From the IMG/VR virus record IMGVR_UViG_3300047470_000395, positions 1 through 64,000 of that record: a stretch of DNA of 64,000 nucleotides; one strand, given 5' to 3'. Under the pieces are notes generated by a model, which ran no database searches, was not told the origin of the DNA, and was given only the letters and a program-made list of their open reading frames with translations. This document shows positions 45,634 to 55,010 of the stretch, one piece after another (positions within the stretch are counted from its first letter, which is position 1; the number at the start of each line of letters is the position of its first letter). This DNA comes from a virus. The position numbers were made by a program, and so were the translations under genes.

Positions 45634-47856
45634 GTGCCGAGCGCTGCTCCACCCACCAGATCCACCCGTCCCAGCACCACCCAGCGAGGCACCAGCCGGG
45701 CAATCTACGCCGTGACGGGCGTGGTCGACGAGGTCGATGACCTCATCCTGCCTGGTGCTTTCACCCGCACCCTGGCTTCACGGCCCGTCAAGTCCGTGTG
45801 GCATCACGGGTGGAAGGACCCTGTCGGCGTCGTCCTCGAGTGCGAGGAGTGGCTGCCCGGGGACGTCCGATTCAAGAGCGTGCCCGACTGGCCCCCCGAG
45901 GCCGGCGCGCTCGTCGCCACCGTGCTCTACAACCTGCGCACCCAGCAGGGCCGCGACGCCTACGAGCAGGTCAAGCAGTGGCATGAGCACAAGCAGGCCG
46001 CGTTCTCGATCGGCTTCCGCGTCCCTGAGTGGGGCGCCTCCACCCGCAACAAGATCCGTGTCATCCACGACATGGACCTGTTCGAGGTCTCGCCCGTTCT
46101 GCACGGCGCGCACCCGATGACCCGCTCCCTCGAGGTGAAGTCCGCCGCCGGTAGCGGCCACGACGGGCTCGAGTACAAGTCCACGCCCGGCCCCGTAGAG
46201 ATCGACGTCGTCGCCTCCTCAAAGAGCGATGACGCCGTCAAGGTCGCGGGACTGGTCGTCAAGGCCGCCGACACGGGCCGCGTCCTGATGATCCAGCGCG
46301 CCCTCGACGACGAGGACCCGGCCGCGGGCACCTGGGAGTTCCCCGGCGGACATGGGGAGGACGACGAGGACCCGCTCCAGACTGCGATCCGCGAGTGGGG
46401 TGAGGAGACCGGCTCGACGCTCCCCGGCACCACCAGCGTCGTCGGGTCCTGGACAGCCCCGAACGGCATCTACCGGCTCTACGTGGCAGTCGTCCCGACC
46501 GAGGCGTCTGTACCGATCAACACCCCGCACGACGAACGCCGGATCGCCAATCCGGATGACCCGGTTGGCGACGCGACCGAGGTCACCGCCTGGTGGCCGA
46601 TCACGGCTCTCCCCGATATGCCGCTCCTGCGGCAGGAGTGCCGCGAAACCCCGTGGGACCTCCTGGCCGGCGCTGCCCTGCCGAAGCCCTCCGGGCCGAC
46701 CCTCGACCCCGTGAAGGTCGCGGCCGGGACCGTCGCTGCCCAGGACTTCGCCGACGGTGTGCTGTCCCGATACCGGGCCCTCGCCGCCGCCGAGAAGAAG
46801 TCCGCGCACGCCGCGGTGCAGGGCGCCCGTACCCGGCCGCACCTCGAGCACAAGTCCGCCCGCGTCATCGTCGCCGAGGCCAAGTCCGCCGGCGGCGCGG
46901 ACCAGAACCGCGGGGACGCCGAGCAGTTGCGGCACTGGTACGTCCGCGGTGAGGGCGCAGCTCAAATCGGCTGGGGCACTCCCGGCGACTTCGACCGCTG
47001 CGTGTCCATCGCCGGACGCCACATGAGCCCGGAGAACGCCAAGGGCTACTGCAATCTCCGCCACAAGGACGCCCTGGGCATCTACCCCGCCACCCACGCG
47101 GCCGAGAGCAAGAGCGCTCGCCGCGCTGTCCTCGAAGCCAAAGCACGACTCAGCGCCAGCACTGGAGACCCCATGGACCCGATCCAGACCCTGCCCCAGT
47201 CGTTCGAGCAGATCCGCGACCGCCTCGGCCAGGCCGTCCGCATGCTGCTCGCTCCCGATGACGACACCTGGGCGTGCATCCACGGCACCTACCCGGACCA
47301 CGTCATCGCCTCGGTGCACTCCGGCGAAGAGGGAGAGGAGCACTACCTGGTGCCGTACACCCTCGACGGCGACGACGTGGACCTGGGCACGCCGAAGCCG
47401 GTCACGCTGGCCACCGTCGTTGTCTCCGACGAGGACGACGACGAGCCGCGCGAGGCCGACGAGGACGAGGAGGCCGAAGCCCGCGTCGTTCAGCCCACGG
47501 TCGACGCGCTCAGCGACGCGACCGCGCGGATCAGCACCACCACCGCGGGCCCGAAGCAGCTCGAGGATGTCCGCGACAAGGTCCGTGACCTGATCGCCGC
47601 CCTGTCGGCGAAGGGACTCGACGTCGCCGACGCACAGCCCGCACGCCGCGGGCCGGCGGCCGCAGCGTCGGGGCTGGACCTGTGGGACGAGGACGACGAG
47701 GAGACGCCCGACGACACCGGGGACGGCGATCCCGAAGGCGACGGAGGAGACCCCGCGGGCGACCAGGACGACCCGACCCTCAAGCCGAAGGACGACGACG
47801 CCGTCCGCCTGGACCCCGACGAGGTGAGGGCCGCACTCGCCGCACTGCGGAGCTGA
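45634..47856 (+). CDS. HK97-family prohead protease fused to NUDIX and further domains
   Basis: VDEVDDLILPGAF, WHH, FSIGF, LFEVSPV; Nudix box GGHGEDDEDPLQTAIREWGEETG; WGTPGDFDRCV domain; acidic tail. Confidence 0.85.
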   Translation: MPSAAPPTRSTRPSTTQRGTSRAIYAVTGVVDEVDDLILPGAFTRTLASRPVKSVWHHGWKDPVGVVLECEEWLPGDVRFKSVPDWPPEAGALVATVLYNLRTQQGRDAYEQVKQWHEHKQAAFSIGFRVPEWGASTRNKIRVIHDMDLFEVSPVLHGAHPMTRSLEVKSAAGSGHDGLEYKSTPGPVEIDVVASSKSDDAVKVAGLVVKAADTGRVLMIQRALDDEDPAAGTWEFPGGHGEDDEDPLQTAIREWGEETGSTLPGTTSVVGSWTAPNGIYRLYVAVVPTEASVPINTPHDERRIANPDDPVGDATEVTAWWPITALPDMPLLRQECRETPWDLLAGAALPKPSGPTLDPVKVAAGTVAAQDFADGVLSRYRALAAAEKKSAHAAVQGARTRPHLEHKSARVIVAEAKSAGGADQNRGDAEQLRHWYVRGEGAAQIGWGTPGDFDRCVSIAGRHMSPENAKGYCNLRHKDALGIYPATHAAESKSARRAVLEAKARLSASTGDPMDPIQTLPQSFEQIRDRLGQAVRMLLAPDDDTWACIHGTYPDHVIASVHSGEEGEEHYLVPYTLDGDDVDLGTPKPVTLATVVVSDEDDDEPREADEDEEAEARVVQPTVDALSDATARISTTTAGPKQLEDVRDKVRDLIAALSAKGLDVADAQPARRGPAAAASGLDLWDEDDEETPDDTGDGDPEGDGGDPAGDQDDPTLKPKDDDAVRLDPDEVRAALAALRS

Positions 47857-47931
47857 GTTGCACCCTCGCGACCACTCCACCCCCACGGCCCCGCTCCACT
47901 GCAGTTAACAAAACCGCAGGTCAAACCCCAT

Positions 47932-47967
47932 GCGCTGCCCGCTCTTGACGTCTCGAGCGGGCAGCGC
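47932..47967 (+). terminator. Stem-loop before capsid gene
   Basis: GCGCTGCCCGCTC...GAGCGGGCAGCGC. Confidence 0.55.
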
Positions 47968-48081
47968 GCGACGTTAACCCCCCTCTCCCACTTTCATCAC
48001 GCCTCGCGTTGAGGCGTCCCGGTGCTGGCCGGGCGAACGGCGCACGTCAACCGCCACCCCAGCATCAGGGAGAGCCCCGCA

Positions 48082-49374
48082 ATGCCCACCAGCCGTATTC
48101 AGGAGCTGCAGAAGGCGCTCGAGCTCAAGAGCAACGAGGCCGAGCGCATCAGCCAGACTTTCAAGGTCGAGGACGGCGGCCAGTTCATCGTCTCCAGCGA
48201 GCAGGCCAAGGCCTTCCGCAAGGTCTCCGGCGAGGCGCAGGAGATCAAGGCGCTCATCGACGCCGAGCAGGGTCTGACCGAGATCAAGCAGTACCTCGAC
48301 GCCCCGGACGCCCCGCCGGCCGCGGCCGCCCACTACGCCCAGCGCCACACGGGTGTCGAGGAGAAGTCCCTCGGCGACCTGTTCGTCGAGTCCGGCTCCT
48401 ACCAGCGCGCCAACCAGGCCGAGTTCCGTGACAAGCCGTACATCCGCGCCGACATCGAGGGGAAGTCGATCTTTTCCCTGTCCGCGGGCACCGTGTCCCA
48501 CCAGGTCCTCGGCTCCGCGCAGAACCTCGGCATCGCCGAGCGCCCGTTCCGCAAGTTCCACGTGCGGGACCTGTTCCCCAAGTCGACCACCAAGAACCCC
48601 GTCCTGTACGGCGCGCGTGAGACCGGCTGGACGAACTCCGCCCGCCAGGTCAAGGAGCGGTACGCCGCGGACGGTGTCTCGCCGGCGACCGGCGCGGACA
48701 CCGACACCTGGGGTCGGGCCCCGCGTTCCAAGCTGACCCTGACGCCGGTGATGTACCCGGTCGCAGAGGTCGCGCACCTCCTGGACGCGCACAAGAACAT
48801 CCTCAGCGACGAGCCGCGTCTGAAGACGTTCATCAACACCAGGATGGTGGAGGGGGTCAAGTACGCGGAGGACTGGGACCTCTTGCACAGCGTCGGCGAC
48901 GGCCAGTCCCTCACCGGCATCTACAACACCCCCGGCGTCCAGCAGTACACCGGCCTCGCGGCCGACCAGTACTCCGTCCAGATCCGCCGCGCCATCACCA
49001 AGGCGCTGCTGGCCGAGTACGACCCGACCGGCATCGTCCTGTCCCCGACGATGTGGGAGCGCGTCGAGGTCGAGGAGGACAAGAACGGCGCCTTCCGCGT
49101 CGCCATCGCCGTCGCCATCGGTGCCGAAAAGAAGGTGTGGAGGCTGAACGTCGTCGAGACGACCGCGATGGCCGACAGCGACTTCCTGATCGGTGCCTTC
49201 GGTCTCGGCGCGCAGCTCCACGACCGCGAGAACGTGTCCGTGACCGTCTCCTCGGAGAACGCGGACAACTACGAGAAGGGCCTGATCACCTTCCGTGCCG
49301 ACGAGCGCCTGGCGCTCGAGGTCCCGCGGCCGGAGTCGTTCGTCATCGGCTCCTGGACCCAGCCGACCGGCTGA
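48082..49374 (+). CDS. Major capsid protein (HK97 fold)
   Basis: VRDLF, GDG..LTGI, IVLSP..W, ITFRADERLALEVPRPESFV. Confidence 0.92.
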   Translation: MPTSRIQELQKALELKSNEAERISQTFKVEDGGQFIVSSEQAKAFRKVSGEAQEIKALIDAEQGLTEIKQYLDAPDAPPAAAAHYAQRHTGVEEKSLGDLFVESGSYQRANQAEFRDKPYIRADIEGKSIFSLSAGTVSHQVLGSAQNLGIAERPFRKFHVRDLFPKSTTKNPVLYGARETGWTNSARQVKERYAADGVSPATGADTDTWGRAPRSKLTLTPVMYPVAEVAHLLDAHKNILSDEPRLKTFINTRMVEGVKYAEDWDLLHSVGDGQSLTGIYNTPGVQQYTGLAADQYSVQIRRAITKALLAEYDPTGIVLSPTMWERVEVEEDKNGAFRVAIAVAIGAEKKVWRLNVVETTAMADSDFLIGAFGLGAQLHDRENVSVTVSSENADNYEKGLITFRADERLALEVPRPESFVIGSWTQPTG

Positions 49375-49387
49375 TCCACGCCGCAGT

Positions 49388-49421
49388 GAGGGGGTGCACC
49401 CGGGTATGGGTGCGCCCCCTC
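49388..49421 (+). terminator. Stem-loop after capsid gene
   Basis: GAGGGGGTGCACCC...GGGTGCGCCCCCTC. Confidence 0.6.
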
Positions 49422-49455
49422 CCCCGTACCACCGACACGACGACGGAGGACCCTG

Positions 49456-49728
49456 GTGATCGAGAAGCAACTCACTGGACTCGCGGCAGATTTGGACGCG
49501 CTCACCAGCGCCCCGGCCGCTCACCGGGGGCCGCGGTGCCATATCGGGCTTCTTCTGGAGGGCGTGGACGCCGACGTGGCCGAGTCGCTGCGCGCCGTCC
49601 TGGAGACCACCGTGTCCGCCACGGTCATCGCTGAAGCCCTCGGCCGGCACGGCAACCAGGTCACGGCCTGGACGGTCAACAGGCATCGCAGACGCGGAAC
49701 CCCTAACGGATGCAGGTGCCCCCGATGA
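49456..49728 (+). CDS. Small HTH-like protein
   Basis: C.IG...ATVIAEAL...VNRHRR...CRC; sits directly ahead of the phosphoesterase. Confidence 0.55.
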   Translation: MIEKQLTGLAADLDALTSAPAAHRGPRCHIGLLLEGVDADVAESLRAVLETTVSATVIAEALGRHGNQVTAWTVNRHRRRGTPNGCRCPR

Positions 49729-50972
49729 GCCTGAGCACGGAACTGCAGGCGCTCCTCGAGCCGGCCGCCCCGCAGCAGAGCCAGCCCGCCCAGTCGCAGC
49801 GGCCGCCGCAGGGCGCGCCCCGCGGCTGGGAGTCCGGGGTGCGATACGAGCCGGGCGGCACGATGGTCGTCACGGCCCCGCCCGCCGACAGCCCTCCCGC
49901 CGGAGAGGCCGACTGGCGCGAGCGCGTCGAGGAGATGGGTCTCGCCATCCCCGAGGGCTTCCGTGTCCGCCTGGTCGAGGCCAAGCACGACCCCGCCGCC
50001 TGGCACCGCGACGCCCAGGGCGACGACGCCGTCACCCGCGCGGTGTGGCGCTGCCGGTACGTCATCGAACCCGCGGCGCCCGCATGGATGTCCGCTGGCG
50101 ACGTCGACGCCCTGGTCCGCGACGCGATGCGCCGCCGCCGCAAGGCGCGTCCGGCCATCGACACCGCGGAGCGCGCCCTGGTCGTGGTGTACGCCGACGC
50201 CCAGGCCGGGAAGGTGGGCCGGGACGGAGGCACACCGGAGCTCATCGCCCGGATCGCTGAGCGGTTCGACCGACTCGACGACCACGTCCGGGACTTGAAG
50301 GCCGTGGGGCGCGGCCCGTCCGTCGCCTACTGGGCCGACGCCGGAGACTGCGTCGAAGGATTCGAGAACACCACGCAGCAGGCGTTCACTAACGACCTGA
50401 CCTTGACCGAGATGGTCCGCGTCCACCGGCGCGTGACCTTCGAGGGCCTGGACCGTCTCGCCGGGAAGTTCGGCCGTGTCGTCGCCGCGACGTGCGGCAG
50501 CAACCACGCCCGGGTGCGCCGCGGGAAGGACGCCGTGGGCCCGCCGGTCGACGACTGGGGCATTGAGGTCATGTCACAGGTGGCCGACGCCTACGCCCGC
50601 AACGAGGACGCGTACGGGCACGTGTCGTTCGTGATGCCGGAGCGGTGGCGGGACACCGTGAGCCTGGACGTCGCCGGGAAGATCGTGGGCCTGTCCCACG
50701 GCCATCAGTACCCGCGGCCGGAGAAGGCCGGCGACTGGTGGCGCGGGCAGACCTTCGGGCGGCAGCCCGTCGCGGACGCCGACATCCTGATCACGGGGCA
50801 TTACCACCACTTCCGCACCCAGCAGATGGGCAACGGCAGGCTCTGGATTCAGGCCCCGACCCTCGACAACGGTTCCGACTGGTACGCGGTCCGCTCCGGC
50901 GAGGTCTCCACGTCTGGCCTGCTCGTGTTCAGCGTCGGCCCCGAGGGCTGGGACGACCTTCGCATCTTGTGA
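49725..50972 (+). CDS. Calcineurin-like metallophosphoesterase
   Basis: ADAQAGK, GDCVEG, SNH, HGH, GHYHH. Confidence 0.8.
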   Translation: MSLSTELQALLEPAAPQQSQPAQSQRPPQGAPRGWESGVRYEPGGTMVVTAPPADSPPAGEADWRERVEEMGLAIPEGFRVRLVEAKHDPAAWHRDAQGDDAVTRAVWRCRYVIEPAAPAWMSAGDVDALVRDAMRRRRKARPAIDTAERALVVVYADAQAGKVGRDGGTPELIARIAERFDRLDDHVRDLKAVGRGPSVAYWADAGDCVEGFENTTQQAFTNDLTLTEMVRVHRRVTFEGLDRLAGKFGRVVAATCGSNHARVRRGKDAVGPPVDDWGIEVMSQVADAYARNEDAYGHVSFVMPERWRDTVSLDVAGKIVGLSHGHQYPRPEKAGDWWRGQTFGRQPVADADILITGHYHHFRTQQMGNGRLWIQAPTLDNGSDWYAVRSGEVSTSGLLVFSVGPEGWDDLRIL

Positions 50973-51010
50973 AGAAGACGTAAGGGAGACCGGAAGTTCA
51001 CCGTCCGCGG

Positions 51011-51754
51011 ATGACTTCCACACGACGGTGGCTCCTGACCACCTACAAGGGCACCGGCTACGCCGACACCTACAAGTGGACCCTGCCTGCCTGGGCAGGG
51101 ACCCTCCCCGACGGCCGCAACTACAACACCTGTCCTGGCGCCTCTGTCTGCGCCCCCCTCTGCTACGCCCGTACGGGCACCTACCAGTTCCGCACCGTCA
51201 AGGCGGCCCACGAGGCGAACCTGGTGATGGTCCTGGACGACTTGCCCGGCTGGGAGGCGGCGATGACCGCCGAGCTCCAGCACAAGCGCTACCGGGGCGG
51301 GAAGTTTGTCCGCTGCCACGACGCCGGCGACTTCTTCAGCCCGGAGTACACCGCCGCTTGGATGCGTGTGATGCGCTCCGCGCCCGACGTCACGTTCTAC
51401 GCGTACACCAAGAGCGTCAGCCTCTTTCGCGAGTGCGTGGAACCGGACCCGCCCGCGAACTTCAAGTGGGTGTACTCACTCGGCGGCCGAGAAGACCACT
51501 TGATCGACCTCGAGACCGAGAGGCACGTCGACGTCTTCCCCGACGAGGAAGCCGTCGAAGTCGCCGGCTACACCTCCCGAGGCGACCTAGGGGACCTGGT
51601 CTCGATCCTCGGCCCGCAGAAGGTGGGACTGCCCGCCAACAACATCCGCCACCTCAAGACCAAGCAGGCCGGCAAGCGGTTCAGCGAGCTCGAGCGTGAG
51701 CGGAAGGCGCAGCGCCGCGGGCCCGGCAAGCAGTTCCGCGGCGGACGGCCGTAG
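51011..51754 (+). CDS. GP88-family protein
   Basis: TCPGASVCAPLCYA, VRCHDAGDFFS, FYAYTK. Confidence 0.75.
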   Translation: MTSTRRWLLTTYKGTGYADTYKWTLPAWAGTLPDGRNYNTCPGASVCAPLCYARTGTYQFRTVKAAHEANLVMVLDDLPGWEAAMTAELQHKRYRGGKFVRCHDAGDFFSPEYTAAWMRVMRSAPDVTFYAYTKSVSLFRECVEPDPPANFKWVYSLGGREDHLIDLETERHVDVFPDEEAVEVAGYTSRGDLGDLVSILGPQKVGLPANNIRHLKTKQAGKRFSELERERKAQRRGPGKQFRGGRP

Positions 51755-51762
51755 CGGCAGGA

Positions 51763-51853
51763 CCAAGATCGTTCTTGCCCAATTGGGCAAGCGCCACCCG
51801 GCACCGGATCCGTGCCGGACGGCATCAAGATCGTTCTTGCCCAATTGGGCAAG
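51763..51853 (-). repeat. Palindromic element copies 3 and 4, inverted relative to copies 1 and 2
   Basis: CAAGATCGTT-CTTGCCCAATTGGGCAAG at 51763-51791 and 51826-51853, with a small hairpin between them. Confidence 0.95.
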
Positions 51854-51940
51854 TGCCCCACCCGGCAGGGCGCGACCGTAACCGTCCGGGTGGGGCACGG
51901 TTCCCGCGCCCAACACAGACACGAGAGAGGGGCGTGGAGC

Positions 51941-52432
51941 ATGGGGCTCTACAAGACGGACGGAACCCGGATCACGAAGGCGGCGTTCCCTTCCACCACT
52001 GCAGGCATCACCGACCCCGAGGTGATCGTCACGCAGGACGTATACGCCACCCGTCACAGCGACGAGGGCAGCTACTACACCGGCACCAGCAACGACACGA
52101 AGCCCGAAGGGTCCGTCAAGACCCTCGCCTTCAAGGCCGGGCAGCTCGTGCGACAGTCGGCGATCAATGCCCTGTACCCCCCGGCGGTGATCGACAGCAT
52201 CAGCCCGGCAACCGGCGGTGTCGCCGGAGGCACGGTCGTGACCATCACTGGCAAGAACCTGGACGGCGTCACCTCGGTGACCTTCAACGGAGTCGCGGGC
52301 ACCGCCCTGAACGTCGTCTCCGCCACGAAGCTGACCGTCACCACGCCGGCCGTTACGGCAGGCGTGAGGGACGTCGTCCTGGTCGACGACGCGGGCAACA
52401 CGACCAAGACCGGCGGGTTCACCTACGCCTGA
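51941..52432 (+). CDS. IPT/TIG (Ig-like) domain virion protein
   Basis: IDSISPATGGVAGGTVVTITGKNL...VTF...GGFTY. Confidence 0.8.
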   Translation: MGLYKTDGTRITKAAFPSTTAGITDPEVIVTQDVYATRHSDEGSYYTGTSNDTKPEGSVKTLAFKAGQLVRQSAINALYPPAVIDSISPATGGVAGGTVVTITGKNLDGVTSVTFNGVAGTALNVVSATKLTVTTPAVTAGVRDVVLVDDAGNTTKTGGFTYA

Positions 52433-52441
52433 CCCGCACGA

Positions 52442-52477
52442 CAAGGGGCGGCTTCCTACACAGGGGGCCGCCCCTTG
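52442..52477 (+). terminator. Stem-loop terminator
   Basis: CAAGGGGCGGC...GCCGCCCCTTG. Confidence 0.6.
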
Positions 52478-52555
52478 GCGTAGGGCGCGACACAAGCTGT
52501 ACCCGGAGTGCAGGGTGCGCGCCGTCCGGACCGAACCCCCGAGAGGGAGCCACTC

Positions 52556-53143
52556 ATGGCAGGCACCACCGCCCGCACCCGCAAGACCACGGCCAAGACC
52601 ACCGAGGCCGCCCCCGCACAGGAGACCACCGCCGAGGCTGCTCCCGCGCAGGAGACCGCACCCGCCGAGACCACCACCGCGGCCCCCGCCGAGGAGACGA
52701 CCACCGCGGCCCCCGCCGAGGAGACGTCGCCCGCGGTCGAAGACACCCCGGCCGCCGACAGCACCCCGAAGGCGCCCGAGGCCGCTCCGCTCGAACCGCC
52801 GGCCGTCCAGGAAGCCCCGGAGGCCCCGGCAGAGCCCGGCTACGCCAGCCCCACCGACGTCATCCCCGACGAGGCCAACCTGTCCGATGTGATCATCGAC
52901 GACGCCACCAAGGAGCCCCCGGCCGACCCCGGCAGCGTGTTCCGGCCGCTCACCCCGTACGGCTCCACCCTCGTGTGCACCGTGCGCCTGGTCGAGCGGA
53001 CGTACATCGGGCCGCACTCCAACCCCATCGAGCGTCTCCTGCAGCCCGCGGGCGCGCACGTCGCCGAGGGCATCGCCGCGCGGATCCAGGAACGCCTCGA
53101 CGCCCAGGCCGAGCGGCTCGCCGCCCACAGCAGCGAGAAGTAA
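52556..53143 (+). CDS. Hypothetical protein with Ala/Glu/Thr tandem repeats
   Basis: AAPA(Q/E)ETT repeated about 5 times; GGGAG RBS. Confidence 0.65.
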   Translation: MAGTTARTRKTTAKTTEAAPAQETTAEAAPAQETAPAETTTAAPAEETTTAAPAEETSPAVEDTPAADSTPKAPEAAPLEPPAVQEAPEAPAEPGYASPTDVIPDEANLSDVIIDDATKEPPADPGSVFRPLTPYGSTLVCTVRLVERTYIGPHSNPIERLLQPAGAHVAEGIAARIQERLDAQAERLAAHSSEK

Positions 53144-53154
53144 GGGGGTGCGGG

Positions 53155-54015
53155 GTGGTCTTCGACTATGAACCCATGTACGGCGGGGCGCAGTACGACC
53201 CCGAACCGGCCGGCGGAGCTGTCAGCCGCCTGGATCTGTACGGCACGGCCGATCGGAGCGGGCCGGTAGTCGCCGCGGCGACGACGGTCACCCGGCTCCG
53301 CGCCGGGGTGTACCGGTTCGACCTGCCCGAGGTGCCGCCCGGCCGCTACTGGGGGATGGTCACCTTCACCCCGAACGACGGGGCCCAGCCGGTCAAGGAC
53401 ACGAGTCCGCGCCTGGACCTGCCCATGGGCATGGGCCTCGTCACCTCCCCCGAGGCCGTCGCCGACCAACTCGGTGTCCCCCTCCCCATCACGCCGGAGC
53501 AGCGCGGCGCCCTGGAGACCGCTATCCGCAACGCGCAGGCCGACGTGGTGAGCCACATCAACCGGCCCATCGTGCCGCGGGCGCTCACCCTGCGCGCCGT
53601 GACGCCGTTCTACACCGGCCGTCTCGACGACGCCGACACCTGGCCCCTGCCCGAGCAGGACGACAACGTCGTGGTGAGCGCCTACCGGGCCAACTCGGAT
53701 GGCACATACGACGTCGACTTCCTGATCGGCCTCAACGGGGCCCGCGAGGAGACGATCGTTCGCTACGTCACCGCGGCGGCCGCGGAGTCCGAGCGGCAGC
53801 GCCCCGGCGGGGTCGGAGCCACCGGCCGCCGAGTGACCTCCGTGAGCGCCGAGGGACAGTCCATCTCCTACGAGAGCGCACCCACCGAGGGACAGGCCGG
53901 AGCGGCGCCCACGCTGGCCTCCCTGAACCGGCTGCGCCGCAGCCTCTACCAGCCTCTCAACCGTCCGGCCCGCCCACCGTGGCCGTACTCCACGTACCGC
54001 GGCCGCGGTCGCTGA
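53155..54015 (+). CDS. Putative head-tail adaptor
   Basis: Position after capsid; AIRNAQADV, SVSAEGQSISY typical of adaptors. Confidence 0.55.
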   Translation: MVFDYEPMYGGAQYDPEPAGGAVSRLDLYGTADRSGPVVAAATTVTRLRAGVYRFDLPEVPPGRYWGMVTFTPNDGAQPVKDTSPRLDLPMGMGLVTSPEAVADQLGVPLPITPEQRGALETAIRNAQADVVSHINRPIVPRALTLRAVTPFYTGRLDDADTWPLPEQDDNVVVSAYRANSDGTYDVDFLIGLNGAREETIVRYVTAAAAESERQRPGGVGATGRRVTSVSAEGQSISYESAPTEGQAGAAPTLASLNRLRRSLYQPLNRPARPPWPYSTYRGRGR

Positions 54016-54036
54016 TCCACGAAAGGAGCGTCCCCG

Positions 54037-54672
54037 ATGGGCGACCTCTACCAGTCCTACGGCGAGCTGACCGGCGGCCAGATCGAGGGCATCGACTACC
54101 AACGCACCTGGCGCACGTCCGACGTGTCCACGCTGCTGCACCTGGCCATCCACGGGGGCGGCATAGAGACCGGCACCACCGAACTCGCCGATGCGGCCGC
54201 GGCCGACATCCACGACTTCTACACCCTGGACGCCTTCAAGGCCGCCGGCACGAACACCGACCTGCACATCACGTCGACCCGGTACGACGAACCGCAGGCC
54301 CTCGCCATGGCGGCCGCCGCCACGCACATCGTGTCCTGGCACGGCGCCTCGGGAGCTACGGCCTTCACCTACCTGGGCGGCCGCGACTCCAACCTCCGCG
54401 ACCAGATCGGCCAGTGCCTCCGCGATGCGGGGTTCACGGTGCAGCTCGCCACGGAGGAGCTGAACGGCAACGACCCGACGAACATCTGCAACAAGAACCG
54501 GCGGAGCATGGGCGTCCAGCTCGAGCTGAGCACCACCCAACGCGCCGCGTTCTTCACCGGCGGCGACATGTCCCGGGGCAACCGCAAGAACACCACGGCG
54601 GTGTTCACCTCGTACGTCGCCGCGGTGAAGCTGGGCATCTCCAAGGCCCTCGTCACGGCCGGGGCAGGCTGA
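54037..54672 (+). CDS. Poly-gamma-glutamate hydrolase family (PghP/DUF867)
   Basis: AIHGGGIETGTTELA, HITSTRYDEP, SWHG, NICN, GVQLELS. Confidence 0.85.
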   Translation: MGDLYQSYGELTGGQIEGIDYQRTWRTSDVSTLLHLAIHGGGIETGTTELADAAAADIHDFYTLDAFKAAGTNTDLHITSTRYDEPQALAMAAAATHIVSWHGASGATAFTYLGGRDSNLRDQIGQCLRDAGFTVQLATEELNGNDPTNICNKNRRSMGVQLELSTTQRAAFFTGGDMSRGNRKNTTAVFTSYVAAVKLGISKALVTAGAG

Positions 54673-54674
54673 CC

Positions 54675-55010
54675 ATGGCTGTCGTCCTCCCGAACGCCGT
54701 ACTGACCGTGTACGCCCTCGCCCACCCATGGGCGCGGGACGCCAACGGGGTGCCCGTCCCCCCGAACCCGAACCAGAAGCCGGCCCCGCGCGGCACCTGG
54801 CCCGGGTCGGTCCTGCAGCAGGACGACGGCTCATGGACGGTGCGCCTCGACCCGCAGGCGTGGCCAGTGAAGGACGGCGACACCATCAGCGACGAGACGG
54901 GCCGCTCCTGGACGCTGACCGGCACGCCCCGCAACCACGCGGTACCCGGCTGCCCTGACGTCGACTACGTCCAGGCCGCCGCCACCCTCAACCCGCCCGA
55001 GGTGCTGTGA
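54675..55010 (+). CDS. Putative head-tail joining (stopper) protein
   Basis: Size and synteny; RDANG motif. Confidence 0.5.
   Translation: MAVVLPNAVLTVYALAHPWARDANGVPVPPNPNQKPAPRGTWPGSVLQQDDGSWTVRLDPQAWPVKDGDTISDETGRSWTLTGTPRNHAVPGCPDVDYVQAAATLNPPEVL

Noticed and set aside
51763-51853. Two 28-bp repeats with a ~34-bp spacer, resembling a mini CRISPR array
   Set aside because: Only two units, no cas genes in the window, and the same element occurs singly at 32773 and 44622; better explained as a protein-binding site
52600-52730. 27-bp tandem repeats
   Set aside because: In-frame coding repeats of a low-complexity linker (AAPAEETTT), not a separate element
51775-54015. 746-aa ORF and other ORFs starting MPNWA
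   Set aside because: These starts are TTGs inside the palindromic repeat; real genes begin at 53155 and 44710
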